Shown in pieces: positions 41,301-54,385 of a DNA stretch of 64,000 bases. The notes below the pieces were generated by a model that made no database searches, had not been told where the DNA came from, and saw only the letters and a list, made by a program, of their open reading frames with translations. Each line of letters begins with the position of its first letter. Position 1 is the stretch's first letter. The stretch covers positions 203,553,741 to 203,617,740 of the forward strand of contig CM041465.1 of the NCBI GenBank assembly GCA_023213395.1, in the 5' to 3' direction. A program made the position numbers and the translations under genes. The stretch is from Cycas panzhihuaensis (taxonomy: Eukaryota > Plantae > Cycadophyta).

Positions 41301-44300
41301 GGCTAGAGTAGGCCAGGACATTTTATGCTCTCACTTTTATTTCTTTGACAAGAATCACATTCCGATACGATTTTGAGAATGTCGGCTTTCATCCCTTTCC
41401 AAAAGGAGGAGTTTGTACCTTGTGACAGGTTTTCTTGATCCATGTGAATCCCGTACTTGGTATGACATGTGCATCTTCTAGTAGCCTCCCTTTTACTTTT
41501 GATGATGCTGGAATAAATATTTTCCCCTTTCATAGAATCAAGCCTCCTTGTAGACAGTACTTGTTACTTCCCTAGTCCTTGATCTCTTCCAATATCTTCC
41601 TTGATAGAGGGTCATTCTGGTAATCTTGGATTAACTTGTGCGTCCAACTAGGAGTAGCCACTGATATTGTTTGTAATGAGATCTTTGTAGTTTGATCTTG
41701 CTCACCGTTGTCTTCCAGCATCCACAATAATGCATCTGTGATTACATTCTCTTGAAATCGAATGTCTGAAGCTTACTCACCCATTTTTGTTGTTTGTCAT
41801 AGATAGGTTTGAGTCACTCCCTATTGTTTAGCTTTTCACTTTTGTATGCCAAGGGTTGCTCATTTTGGACGAGGACGACTCTTATCCCAGTTTTTGATGC
41901 GTCACACTAAGGTGAAGGACTAAGAAAAATCTAGAGTTGCGAGCACGGGAGGAGTGATCTTTGCTTTCTTGAGACCCTGGAAAGTGTCTTTTGCTAAGGG
42001 GTTCCAAGCGAATGCATCCTTTTTTATGAGATCGGTTAGAGGTGATGCAGTGTGAGTGTACCCCTTGATAAACTTCCTAAGAAATCCCACCACACCTAGG
42101 AAAGCTCTGATCCCTGTGACATTCTTGGGAGTGGCTAGTTAATAATGTCTTGGACCTTCCTAGGATCCATCTTGATCCCTTCTTGTGAGATAATGTGTCC
42201 CAGATATTTGAGCTTCTCTTTCCCGAATGTGCATTTCTTCTTGTTAGCAAAAAGTCGATTGCTTTGTAAGATTTGGAGACCATCATTGATGTGCTTTAAG
42301 TGTTCCTCCCAAGTTGCATTAATAGATTAGAATGTCGTCAAAGAAAACTAGCACAAATTTTTGTAAGAAGGGTCTCAATATGGTATTCATTGTGTTATGG
42401 AACATTGCCAATGCATTTGTTAAACCAAATGGCATCAATCTAAATTCAAACAATCCCTCATGAGTGTGAAAAGTTGTCTTGTGCATGTCCTCCGTTATGA
42501 TGTGGATCTGGTAGTATCCCATCTGAAGATTGATCTTTAAAAATTATTTCACCCCATGTATTTCATCCAACAAATCATCTATCTATGGGATGGGATAGCG
42601 ATTCTTGATAGTGATCTTGTTCAACCCCCTATAGTCATCACACATATGGCAGGTCCTCTCCTTTTTTTGCTTAAGTATAACTGGGGATGTAAATGAGCTT
42701 GTGTTGTTCGTAATATATCCTTGGTGTAATAGCTTTTTGGTTATTTGCTCGATCACCCTCTTTAACTGGTAGGGATGGCGGTAAGGATATTTGTTGACCG
42801 GTTCAACTCCCGGTATTAGCTTCATGGCATGTTGGCATTGGGGGGAGGCCCCACTAGAGGTTCCTCGAACACTAAGCTATATTGGTCCCATTGGAATGTC
42901 CTCTGCTGTGATCTTACAACATGTCATTGTGTACGCAATTGGATTCTTTTTCAACATCTTCTCCATGCCGTGTAATGTCACCAACTATATTGGGGGTGTA
43001 GGGGGTGTTTGTAGTGTGTAATGTTTCCCCTTCTATCGGAAACTCATGACCCATGTTTTGAAATTAGTGACTACATTTCCTAATGTCTGTAGCCATTATA
43101 TCCCTAGCACAGCATTGACTCCTCCCACTAGTATCGCAAACATGCAAGTGGTTGCCAAATAATCGTTGATCTAAAGGCTCACATTTTGAAAATAACCTCC
43201 ACATCTCATGGATTTTCCATTTGCAATGGCAACCTGGAAAGCGTTGAGCACTTTGATGGGTGGATCTAGTTTCTTTGCGGTAGGTCGATTTATGAAATTG
43301 TGGGTACTCTTGTTATCAATGAGGAGGACGATTGGTGATCCTTGCATCATCCCCTAGAATCATAATGTTTGAGGTGTGTTACTTTGTCCTATGATGGCTT
43401 GCAGTGATATTTGCACATTCTCGGTATCCAAATCCAGAAGTTCCTCTACTTCAGCCTCCTCATGCTCTTTTGAAATCTTTCCTTCCTCTTGATTTTCTTC
43501 TGGGGCAGTTACTTCGTATTTATGGATCATAAAGACCATCTTTGACGAGCATTGATGGTCTTTATTCCATTTCCCTCTGGTCCCTCTCTTGAGATGCTCG
43601 TCTCTTGATACTTTGCTTCCTTCATTGGTGCTTCTTCCTGTGAGTGGGGGATTTGCTTTTGTTCCTAACTTGGTCCAATTTGGGTTGGAGCTAGAGTATT
43701 GGTAGGTTGGTAGTTTGTTTCTTCAATTGAATTAGGCCTGCATTTTCTATACTCTGCTTCAATATTCCTTGCATGCCTAATGGCTTCCCTTATATTTGTG
43801 GCCCTCATTGTTTTTATGTGATATTTGATGGGTCCTTTGAGTCCCCCAATGTATGTCTCGATAATGAGCTCGATTGGTATTCGATCAGTAACCAGGCATT
43901 AGAGGGTTTGGAACTGCTTTGTGTATGTTTGAACTGATCCTGTTGTTGCAATCTAGTCAACTGGGCAAAATAATTTGTATTCCATGAATCTTCATATTGA
44001 TATATCAATCCCACTTTGAGGAAGCCTCAGGGGTTGGAAGAAATATCCATGTGGACCCTCTTCCACCAATGGAACCATTGGAGGGCCTTCCCATATAAAT
44101 GAAGTGAGGCTATTAGAACTTTGTCTTTGTTAGGTACATCATAAACCTAAAAGTAGGTCTCCATCTCTAATATCCAATTTTGGATATCCCTTGATCTATC
44201 AGGGTTGAATTTTTCCAGTGAAAAGTTTGTTCCCCTAAGACCATAATTTGGCTCCCAACTTTTCTGGTTCTTCTTTAGAAATCCCTTTGGTCTCTATACT

Positions 44301-47300
44301 CTTGGAATCCTCCATTGAATCGTCTTCGAAACTTATCTTCCCCGCCCTCCCCCCCCCCCCCTCTTCTTCTTCTTCTATGTGTTCCTCTAATTTTTGATGG
44401 CTGGATGGGCCTATATCCCTTGGTATCCCCATGACTATAGTCATAAGTTATTGGATATCCCTTCTAATCTAGTCTACAATGTCATTGAACCGAGCTATCT
44501 CGTTGTTGAGTGTATCAACATGCTGGGATACATCTGCTACTGTTTCTGATGGTGGTTCACCATTTTCTTAAGGGTTCTCCTTAATCTTAGTTCCGTTCTA
44601 GGATAGATTTCAAGCTAGCTTATCCCCCGTCTGGAAGCTTTTCTGGCCCAACTTTGACCCCAAAATCTGCTCTTTTTCCCTTGATTTTCCTTGTTGAACT
44701 GGCAAAATTTCTCCTCAGATAACTTCCAACAAGGCTTTGATACCACTTTTAGCAAGCCTACACAGTTCTTTTGGAAGAAAATAAAGCAAAAGTAGAACAA
44801 AATACACAAATGTAGTTCTAATGCTAGCAATGTAGAGACTTTTGGAATATTTACAACAAATATCTATGAAATAATTTAAAGTATTGATTAAAGTATGAAG
44901 TATAAATGATAAGATAACACTCAATAATGCTTCCCTCTTTGAGGCGAGGTTCCCTCGAGAAAAATTGCAGGCCTCAGGTTGAAAATACAACAGCCAACAC
45001 TTCGGTTCAAATGATCAAGAATGAACGCATCCTTCCCTTTAAATAGGTAGGTAGCCAAAACCCTAGGATAAAGCTTGGCCAGATTTAGTATGGAAGTTAG
45101 CCCAAAAAGAGGTTTTAAGTCGGTTGGACTTACTGCTAGAAGTTGGCCAGAACTAAAGCTGTTTTGGGCTTAATTAAATCGGCCAGATCCTCTCTGATAA
45201 GTTGGCCAAACAGAGAAAAGGAATGCTTCATGCGTGCTCATGCAGAACTATAACTCGATAGCATTTGAAAGCTATAAGCTCAAAGACCATGAATGCCGAT
45301 TATCAACATACCAAAAGGAAATGAAAGCTATTCTACATGTTGTGGATAAGTGGCCCTAATATCTTCTTGGTTCCAAATTCACTATTTTAATAGACCATCA
45401 CAGCCTTCGTTGTGTTCTTGACCAATCAATGAGCAAGCCAAATGGATCAATTATTTTCAAGTGTTCAATTTCACTATCACTTATAAGAAAGGAAAGGACA
45501 ATGTTGTTGCTGACACCCTCTCCCACCTTCTCACTGAACCCATCATTCACGCAATCTCTAAGCGCCATCCAATGTGGCTAGCAGAATTGGCCACTAATAA
45601 CCAATCCCAACCTAATTTTACCCAATGGATCACCAAAGTCCACACTCAAAAGGATTGGTCCATGTATAACAATCATCTCTTATATAGAAATTGCATTTTT
45701 GTCCATCCTACATCTCCTTTCATTCCCCACATTTTATTTGATTATCACTTCATCGCTTTAGGACGTCACTTCAGGTCTGACAAAACATATTATCATATTT
45801 GGTCTGACTTTTATTGGCCGTATATGAAGTCCTCTATCCTTACATTTGTCTCTACGTATGACACCTGTCAACTAAACAAAATAGACACTAAGGCTTAGTT
45901 AAGCCTCCTCCAACTCCTATATATTGCTCAAGGTAAATGGCAAGACATCACAATGGATTTCATCACAAGCCTACTACCATCTGTTCGGTTTGACTCTATC
46001 TTAGTAATCACCGATAAACTAACTAAGTATGCCCATTTCTTGGCCATTCACACCTCCTATAAAGCATCCCACCTCGCCAACTTATACATCCAATCTTGTT
46101 TTATGTCTCCATGGGTTTCCTTCAACAATAGTTTACGATTGAGACCCCAAATTCACTAGCTCACTTTGGCAAGAACTCATTTGCACCTTAGGTACTTCAT
46201 TCAACATGAGTTCATCCTACCACTTGCAAATAGATGGTCAATCAAAAGTCCTTAATAAAACACTAGAAACATACTTATATTGCTTTGCTTCCAAACACCA
46301 AAATAAATGGACCTCCTATTTAGCCCTTAGTAGAATATTGGTACAACTAATCTCATCACTTAGCCATCAGTATTCCCCCATTCATAGCCCTTTGTAGTTA
46401 TCCCCTGTCATCTCACCACACCCTAACAACCAATTTTCAAACAAATATGGTCCAACAGAAGGTCCAAGACATGAATCGAATCTTTCATGCCCTCAAACAA
46501 AACTTAGCATCGATCCAAAACCACATGAAACAACTCATTGACTGCTGTTGTTCTGATTGCTCCTTTTCCATCAGTGACTTGGTTTACCTCCACCTTTAAC
46601 CCTACAAGTAGAAATCTCTTACCAAGAATAAAAATCATAAGCTCAGCCCCCATTATTATGGCACATATAAGGTACTCCAGTAAATTGGTGACACTGCTTA
46701 CGCCCTTGAACTCCCACCCAACACTAAGATTCACAATGTTTTTCATGTCTCGTCTCAAAAAACATTTTGGTAAAACTACTATTCTCCAAACTGTTCTCCT
46801 AGTCCTTGATGAAGAACAACTTCTCATTGTTTCGTCAAACCATATGTTAGCTAGCTGGCAATGTTGCCTTCATAACAGGACCATCTCTAAATATCTGGTG
46901 CAGTGGGTCAGTTGTGAACACGAGGAAGTAACATTGAAATCGATTGAATTTGTTAAGCAACATCCTCATCTTATTTGCTTTGAGGACTTGACATCTCAGG
47001 GGAGAGGATCTATTACATAACTTTCTAGTGTCAATGGAACTTGACTACTAGGATATGGCTAAAGAACCTGGTGGTTAGTGCTAGCCATTAACATTTGTGC
47101 ATAGGCTGCTTATTTCCACCAATGGACTTGGGTGTTGCTTGTTCTTGCCAATGGTATTCTATGTAAGAGGCCTTTGTTGTTTATTTAAAGCCCACCAAAT
47201 GTAAATGGAGGATTATTGTGTATTGAGATCATATGTAATAGCATACTGTGGTATGTCTTTTGGTGTTCATTTGGTGTCCTTTTCTGTAACTCTGCTCTCA

Positions 47301-47394
47301 TTGTTAATAAAGTGAGTCTATTTGTTGTCATATTATGTCCTTTGAGCTTGTTGATCTACTTGTTTGTGCAGGATACCCAGGCGAAACTATCCTA
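35320..47394 (+). mobile_element. Degenerate chromovirus of the same family as 2494-8653, with a nested insertion
   Basis: LTRs 35320-35712 and 47011-47394. PBS TGGTATCAGAGC at 35715-35726. PPT AGGGGAGAGGA. RT (38962-39219), RH split at 39760, INT (45900-46400), chromodomain (SKYLVQWVS). LTR and leader resemble those of 2494-8653. Confidence 0.92.
39760..45230 (-). mobile_element. Nested degenerate chromovirus inserted in the host RNase H
   Basis: LTRs 39760-40232 and 44748-45230. TSD TGTGT/TGCGT. PBS TGGTATCAAAGC (44745-44734). PPT AGGTGGGAGGGAC. RT (MPFGLTNA, FFDDILIY), INT (MDFITGL). The host sequence ECNASRFGLS..LMQN rejoins across the insertion. Confidence 0.94.
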
Positions 47395-47947
47395 GATACT
47401 ATGAAGTCCCCGACATTTAATGTGATCTCTAAAGGCATTTTGTATCTGGTTTTTGCACCTCTCATGCCACTGTAATCGTATACTTGCAACTTATCATATT
47501 GATATTCACTTCGTAGACTTAGACATTTCATGTCCAATGTTTTGGTGCTATTAATGTACCGCTTAATCAGTCGCCTGCCTTCTTATAAACCAAACAAATC
47601 CATGCCTGACATTGATGCTTGAATGTTGGATTTGTGTCTTGTTTGCCTTTGACATCAATTTGTGTTTCACCTTTGATTTACCACCTCTAATTTACTCATG
47701 ATAACATCATTGCCCATCAATTGCTTATTCAAATGCTGTGTAATGATTTAAATCAATAACACTAAAGCATCTAAAATTGATTTATCCAAGGCTATACCTG
47801 GCCCGTCAGATGAAATAGAGACATGCCTTCATTCCTGGATTTGGACAAATATTAAGTGACAGAATGGTTTGATTTATTTGAGTCTTTGCATTTCAAGTCC
47901 CATGCTTGCAAGTTAAGTCGAAACTAAAAGATATATCATCTTTTCAA

Positions 47948-49758
47948 TGTTAGAAGTAATGTTTAATGTTGGATTAATGTTAATGTTAAGGTGTCCCCCT
48001 AATTCTCTCATGGCATATTAAATTGGGTTATTAAGTTGTGTGCAAGGTGGTTCACACCTATTCATGTAATATTATATCGTGCCATTAAGGTGTGTGAATG
48101 TGCACGTGTCCATGTGCACACGTGTCCATTTATCATCTTAGTGGTGGACACAATGGTTCTCTCATGTGATCGATTAACCATGACGTGACTATGTATTATA
48201 AGTATGTATCATACCTAATGCAATAATTGAAGATGTTCATTTTCCACAAGCTTTGTTGTCTTATGTATTTGTATGTACTTCATTATTTGATTCTTTTAAC
48301 ATGGTATCATAGCAAAATAGTGTGATCCTATAGAGCAAAGTAAATCAGAGTGGGCCAGAAGAGGATTCTAAAAAACTTTAATGTAAAGTTCATGCCATAT
48401 TGATGTGGAGACCACCCGATGATTGAGGAAGATTTCATTGCCATGTTGTTGTCATTACTGTGAGGATAAGAATGTTGTCCATGATTAGTTTTGTGTGCCT
48501 CATATTGTAGCTCACCCTTCATGCAAAACCCTAGTTACTATTGATGGTGAGCGTTTCATTCGTAGTTGGTTTGTATGTACTTGCGTGGCACCCGTTCTGT
48601 TGTTATGCCCTTGTTGCATGTTGGTTTCTTTGTGACCTAGTGCATAATGGTAAAGGAGCTTAAGTGATTTTTTAATGTGATTCTAATTATTTAAGGGCAT
48701 ATGTGCACTTTTTAAGGAATAACTTTTTTATTTGAAGTCAAAATCAAGTGCGGTCAATTGTGTTGGAAAGAAAATTCAGAGATGGATGTATTGACTGGTC
48801 ACTCGATATATTTTGAATCCCACATCATGGAGAACCATTGAGTTAAAGATAGAAAAATATTTTATGAGAGAGTTATTTAATGAATTCTATGAGTCACATC
48901 TTATGTTTGTTTATCTATCGCTAGTCCTTGTAAGCCATATGGCAATTGTATTTAGAGAATTCATGGAGATTGTTGAGAACAGGTATGAAGGGACCATTTA
49001 TGGAGGTTTCGATACGCTATTTTCACATATTATAGAAGACTGAGAGGACCGCTTGTGGATGCTTCAGGAAGGGAATCTACTTTGTTTAGTGCTCAACTCA
49101 TTTGGTTGGCCAAGTAGTTTGGCCTGTTCTTAGAATGGTGTTGACAAATGTTCGCAAAACCATGTACCTGAAGGAGGTTCTTATAGAACTGGCAGTTACA
49201 ATGGTTGGTTGCCCATGTAATCTCATAGATGGAGCTCTCTTTATACAAATGTCAACAAAAATTTAATTGGTTCAACAACTTCTAGATACAACTTGTACAA
49301 GTTAGAGATGTTCTCCATTTGATCTAGCATATTTTGAAGGAGGAGGCAATTCCGGTACTTGCCTTAGTGGGAATTTTAAGATAAAAGGTATAATGTGTTT
49401 TGATGTGACATTAAATATTATGGAGGGGGTGAAGTAATGTTTAATGTTGGGTTAAAGTTAATGTTAAGGTGTCTCCCTAACTCTCTTATGGTATATTAAA
49501 TCAAGTTATTAAGTTGTGTGCAAGGTGGTTCACACCTATTCATGTAATATTATATTGTGCCATTAAGGTGTGTGCATGTGCACGCGTGCCCATGTATCAT
49601 CTAAGTGGTGGACATAACAATTCTCTCTTGTGATTGGTCAACCATGAGGTGACGATATAAGTATGTATTCATACCTATTGCAATAATTGAAGATGATCAT
49701 TTTTCACAAGTTTTATTGTCTTATATATTTGTAAATACTTCATTATTTGATTCTTTTA
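47948..49758 (+). mobile_element. Small non-autonomous Copia derivative (about 1.8 kb, TRIM/LARD-like)
   Basis: Direct repeats 47948-48301 and about 49430-49758. PBS TGGTATCATAGC at 48302-48313. PPT GGAGGGGG at 49422-49429. The only coding trace is gag-like (EIVENRYE). No TSD found. Confidence 0.8.
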
Positions 49759-50899
49759 TGGTTATATATTTAATCACCTCATGTTGTTACATGTTATGTT
49801 ACAATGCATATCTCTTTTTTAACATGGTATTAGAGTTGTTCTACTGTATTTTTAGCATTCAACACCCACAGAAGAATATAGAACCATCATCTACTTGCCT
49901 ATTGACCAAATGAATCTGTTGATCCAACTTCTTGTATGCATAGCTTGAATGTCCCTAGTTTGTGCTTGATAGCATCTACCCTTCTTGCTTATCAATAGCA
50001 TTTCACCTTGGTCTATGCCCCTAAAAAACAAAAAGTGTCCAATATGTTCCAATTTGTGCCCTTCATTTTCATCTTGCAATAATAATTTAATAGTTTGTTA
50101 AAGTGATGAGTATATATGATTTTTATTTAATTGCTTGGTTGACAGTCAACGGTGAAATCTTAACGAGAAGTCCCCCTTTGTTGATGTTTATGCATCTGAT
50201 TTTTAACTGCTACAAGCTCATTATTCATATGTTGTTGATTTCTCATTAATATTAGTATTTCAAATGTGACATATATAACAAAGATTACTTAATGTTGAAT
50301 GGTATTATATGTAACATTTTCCTTGTTCAATGTGCACAATAATTTGATGAGTGATGGCACCTCCCATTGTTTGATTTAGTTGCCCAATCACAAGAAGTCC
50401 AAACTCATGTTTTACCAATAATTCATTATAATTTAAATGTTCTTTTTAATGCATAGGCGATTCCACTAGTTTACAATAGGCCATGGGTTCAAGTCACGTT
50501 GACTCATCGATCACAAAGCACACACACAGTGAAGAAACATAAAACAAAAAACATGTGTTTTTGAACAATCAAGACTTTGATCATACATATGCAAGAACAT
50601 AGTACATGATACATAGGTTTAACGTGGAAAAACTCTTTCGAGAAAAAAACACATAGGAAAAATGGTCAATTATATTTTTTCCAATCTTGATTGATGCATC
50701 CTCCTTGATATTGTTGATCCATATTTCAAATTCCACCTAGGGATTTATACAACACCCTAAATAGTAAATTGACCAATGGTTGCAACTCTTAGTATCTGTG
50801 CCCTTTCGCTTAACATTAATTAATCACCACATAGCATTAACCATAAGCAATTAATATACACACACTAGTTCAATTAAACTTTCTTTTCCATAGTTTTCA

Positions 50900-51973
50900 T
50901 TTTGGTTTTAAACTAACTTGTGTAGGAGCTAAGGCATGCATTCCTATTAAAAAAAAATTCCACAATCACACACTTTACGAACTTAGAATTTGGCAAATCC
51001 TTGGTGCCACCTACTGTTTTTGTTCACATGTGTTGTTCATTTGATGTCTTGGGTTGTGATTTTTGTTGTAGTGCAAAAATGAATTGAGGCATTGTCATCG
51101 AAGTGTTTTTACTTAGTTGATTCGTTATTGTCTCTTGGGATCCTCGGGTAAGTCCTAGGTGTTTGTTAAGTCAAGACCCTATTCCACTACTCTTACCAAG
51201 ACATTACTAGACTAAGACCCTCCACACAAATGGGACAATGTAGTGTACCCATCCTTTAGCCAGTTATATTGATGTGCTTTACCTATTAGGACCTATATGT
51301 AAAAACCTAGGTTTTTAAGTAACTTTGATAATTACATGGATAGCAAAGAGTAAGTAGGCTAACTCTATGCTCGCTCTTTAGGAGTGTGTTATGAAGTTGT
51401 AGCTCGTTAAGTGGCCTTCTCTAAAGAGATCATAGGGGGTTTTATCTTGTCGCTACTCATGTTATTTGAAATTACTCGAGACATCTTATGGTTTACTTTG
51501 AAGTTCATCGCCAAGGTTGGAGATAGTCATGCTAAGTAGGGTTGAGGTTGTAATACCAGGGGAGACCACTAAATGATCCTTAGTCAGTGTAGTGGGTATG
51601 TAGCCTTAATGACCTTAGGTTGGCCTTTTCCACCTTCCTGTATAAAAATATTAGCAGGATAACCTAGTGCTAGTGTTTCCTCTGTAGTGGGTCAAGCACT
51701 CACTATCTATATCAATTTTTATTTTATTTTTTGTATATTTATTTGCCCCTCAGGTCCTTTAAACCCCAAGGTCGATCTTCTCACAATTTTGATTAGGTAA
51801 CACATGCTTCACAGTCGCTCGATTGAGCACTTCCCTTCAAATCATTTTTCAACCCATAAAATGTCAACTCAAATGTGAACTCAGTTTCACACTAGGCAAA
51901 TGGGCTAGTTTAAGTGGAAACTGAGGGTAGCATTTTTTCGCATCAACATTCTTTTGGTGATTATATTGGAGAC
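50900..51973 (+). mobile_element. LTR 3' end plus degenerate PBS of a Tat/Ogre-like element (fragment)
   Basis: CATCAACA (51941-51948) followed by TGGTGATTATATTGGAGAC, resembling a TGGCGACTnnnCTGGGGAC (tRNA-Arg-type) PBS. Left boundary uncertain. Confidence 0.45.
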
Positions 51974-53567
51974 TCGAATAGAAGCCTAGTTGCTTGTTAC
52001 CCATCCTTGTGTGTCATCAATCTACCTCATATCTATCTATAACAGAATAAGACAACACAAGGTACACAGAATTGAGCATACGAACCAAAACCTTGTTAGC
52101 ATAAAGGCCCTGCATCCAGTCCTCTCACAACTAGATGCAAGCCAGAGCAGAATACAACGGAAAAGCCTGCGATTCAGACGTTATCAAGGATGCCCAAAGA
52201 TTCTACAATCTACACACACATACAATGATACATCATGCGACTATTTAACTTCAACTGTTAGTTACATTTTGCATATGTGGTTACAATTGTCATCTTATTA
52301 CATAACCAATCAGATTATTAACAGTTAACATTTGTCATTAGATTACAGTTCTGATTGTATTTTGGGTTTCTGATTGTGACTTGGTTGCACCTTTAGTCGC
52401 ACCTAGCTGCACTGTTGGTTGTAGTTGGTCGCACCTCTGGTCATAGCTGGTCACACCTATTGCAACTTTATTCTACTTTTGGTTGTACCTGGTTGCACCT
52501 AGTACGACCTAATTCTGTCAAAAACTGCAATTCATTCTTCAAAGTTGTGTGCCTTTTTCCCTGGACACATCTCTCCCGCGGCAAATTTAATGAGTGAACT
52601 CACTTGTTATCAAAAATTTCAAAATTTCTCCAATCTTCCACCTCCCCAAATTCTGAAAATTTTCTCTGAACTTATCTCTATCGCGCCTTCCACTGCTCCT
52701 CCTTAAATTTTGCTCTTTCACACTTAATATACTTAGCGTCGGGTTGCACTACCTGTTGGGGTGTATTTTGGATCATATGGCTGTTGGAAGACCAGAGGTA
52801 GGCTGGATAACCCTGGATGTGCAGGTACGGACTGTATGGAGGTATGCACGAGGTAAAACAGTGGAAAACCAGCATTCTGGGTACGTATGACAGGTGCGTA
52901 CTTGGAACGGGTACCCAACACAGATATGTACCATTGGCAGAACGAAAATAGACAGAAGTGGTACGTATGACAGTACGGGACCAGTGGGAGCTCAGGAGTT
53001 GTTGACGCACGCATGCACGCATTTGACAGGATTAAGGCATTGGTTAAGGTGTAACCAATGATTAACGAAAAGGTACACTTGCCTGGAGGGGTACGATTAT
53101 GATAAGACAGTCATAACCCTTCAACCAAAAAGGTACGAAGAGGCACATTTAAGAAAGCTTGCAAGGACAATTTGGTTAGGGTGAGAGCCGAATATTCAGG
53201 GTACGCAATGGTGCGGATGCCAGTACGTATGATGCCCAATTGAGTCGTATAATGATGAGTACCACCGGCACGCATGTAATGTATGTATCGTTGGAATGCA
53301 TAGGAATGCATTCCACCCTCCGTAATCAAACTTATTGCTTAATGGAAAGAAGAGTTACGTGGAATTGATATTGTATGTGTTATATGGCTGAATGTGTACT
53401 GAATTCTGTGTTATTGCATGATTATGCTATGTGGTATGAAGTTAAGAAGGAGTATGTGTACTTTATGTGATGATATGTTGACTGTATCCTTAACTAGACT
53501 ATAATCTGTGCAATTGACAAGTGTGTTTATCTCATAAGTGTAATAAGATAATCTCCCAAGTCAACAT

Positions 53568-53580
53568 TGGTTCCGTTGCC
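53568..53580 (+). other. Primer-binding site TGGTTCCGTTGCC, tRNA-Glu-type
   Basis: Lies 1 nt after the LTR end CAACA and is complementary to GGCAACGGAACCA, the 3' end of plant cytosolic tRNA-Glu as I recall it. Confidence 0.7.
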
Positions 53581-54385
53581 TATGTCCATTGAGGAGGGAC
53601 AGGGCCCAGGAGTCTCAAAAAGAGGAATGTGTAAAGGGCAGAGGACCCTGACTGTCATCGTGATGGCAGGTCAGAATAAGCCTCCGGCAGCCAGGGGACC
53701 TTCCAATGCCACCAAAAAGGCCTTCAAGGACAGAGGAGCCGCAAAAGGATACTTCACCAAAGGGGAAAGAAACCAGTAGACAAAGAGCATTACGTTGGGC
53801 AAAGGAGTTAAAATTAAGGAGGGCGAGGAGATTAAGTTCACAAAACAACGAGACTAGAGGACAGTCCGTTGAAGAAGCTGAGGCAAGTGGAGCCCAAACA
53901 CCTCAGGAAGAGAATGATGAGAATAATGGCGAACGAATGGTATTAACACCAGCCCCAATTAAGGATGATTTGTTTAGCCCAGAAAGGGAACAAAAACCAA
54001 AAATAAGTAAGGAACATAAGGATACCCTAAGGGAAGAGGAGAGTATACCGGAGGAGCACACCTCGAAGGACCTAAGTGATAACGAAAAGAGGGCAGAGGA
54101 AGGTCCCTCGGCATATTGGGAAAACAAATTAACAAGGCAGCTTTTCGAGGATTTGACAGACAAAGAGTCTTATCAAGCATTCGTAACGATACAAGTGCCA
54201 GGTGTGTTGAAACCTATACACCTGAAAACACCTTTTCAGAACCCATTATTTGGAAAAGATAATATTGCTGGAAGTACTCCAAACACACCCCCAGAAGGGA
54301 AGGGTAAAGAAGAAGAGACAGAATCTTTAGAGGAAAAACAAAGCGGGGAATCTCCAGCAAGTGGAATGCCAATGCAGTCGCCAAG

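Noticed and set aside
52678-53329. Minus-strand ORFs within the Gypsy LTR as an antisense gene
   Set aside because: Short, with no recognisable motifs, and expected by chance in more GC-rich LTR sequence.
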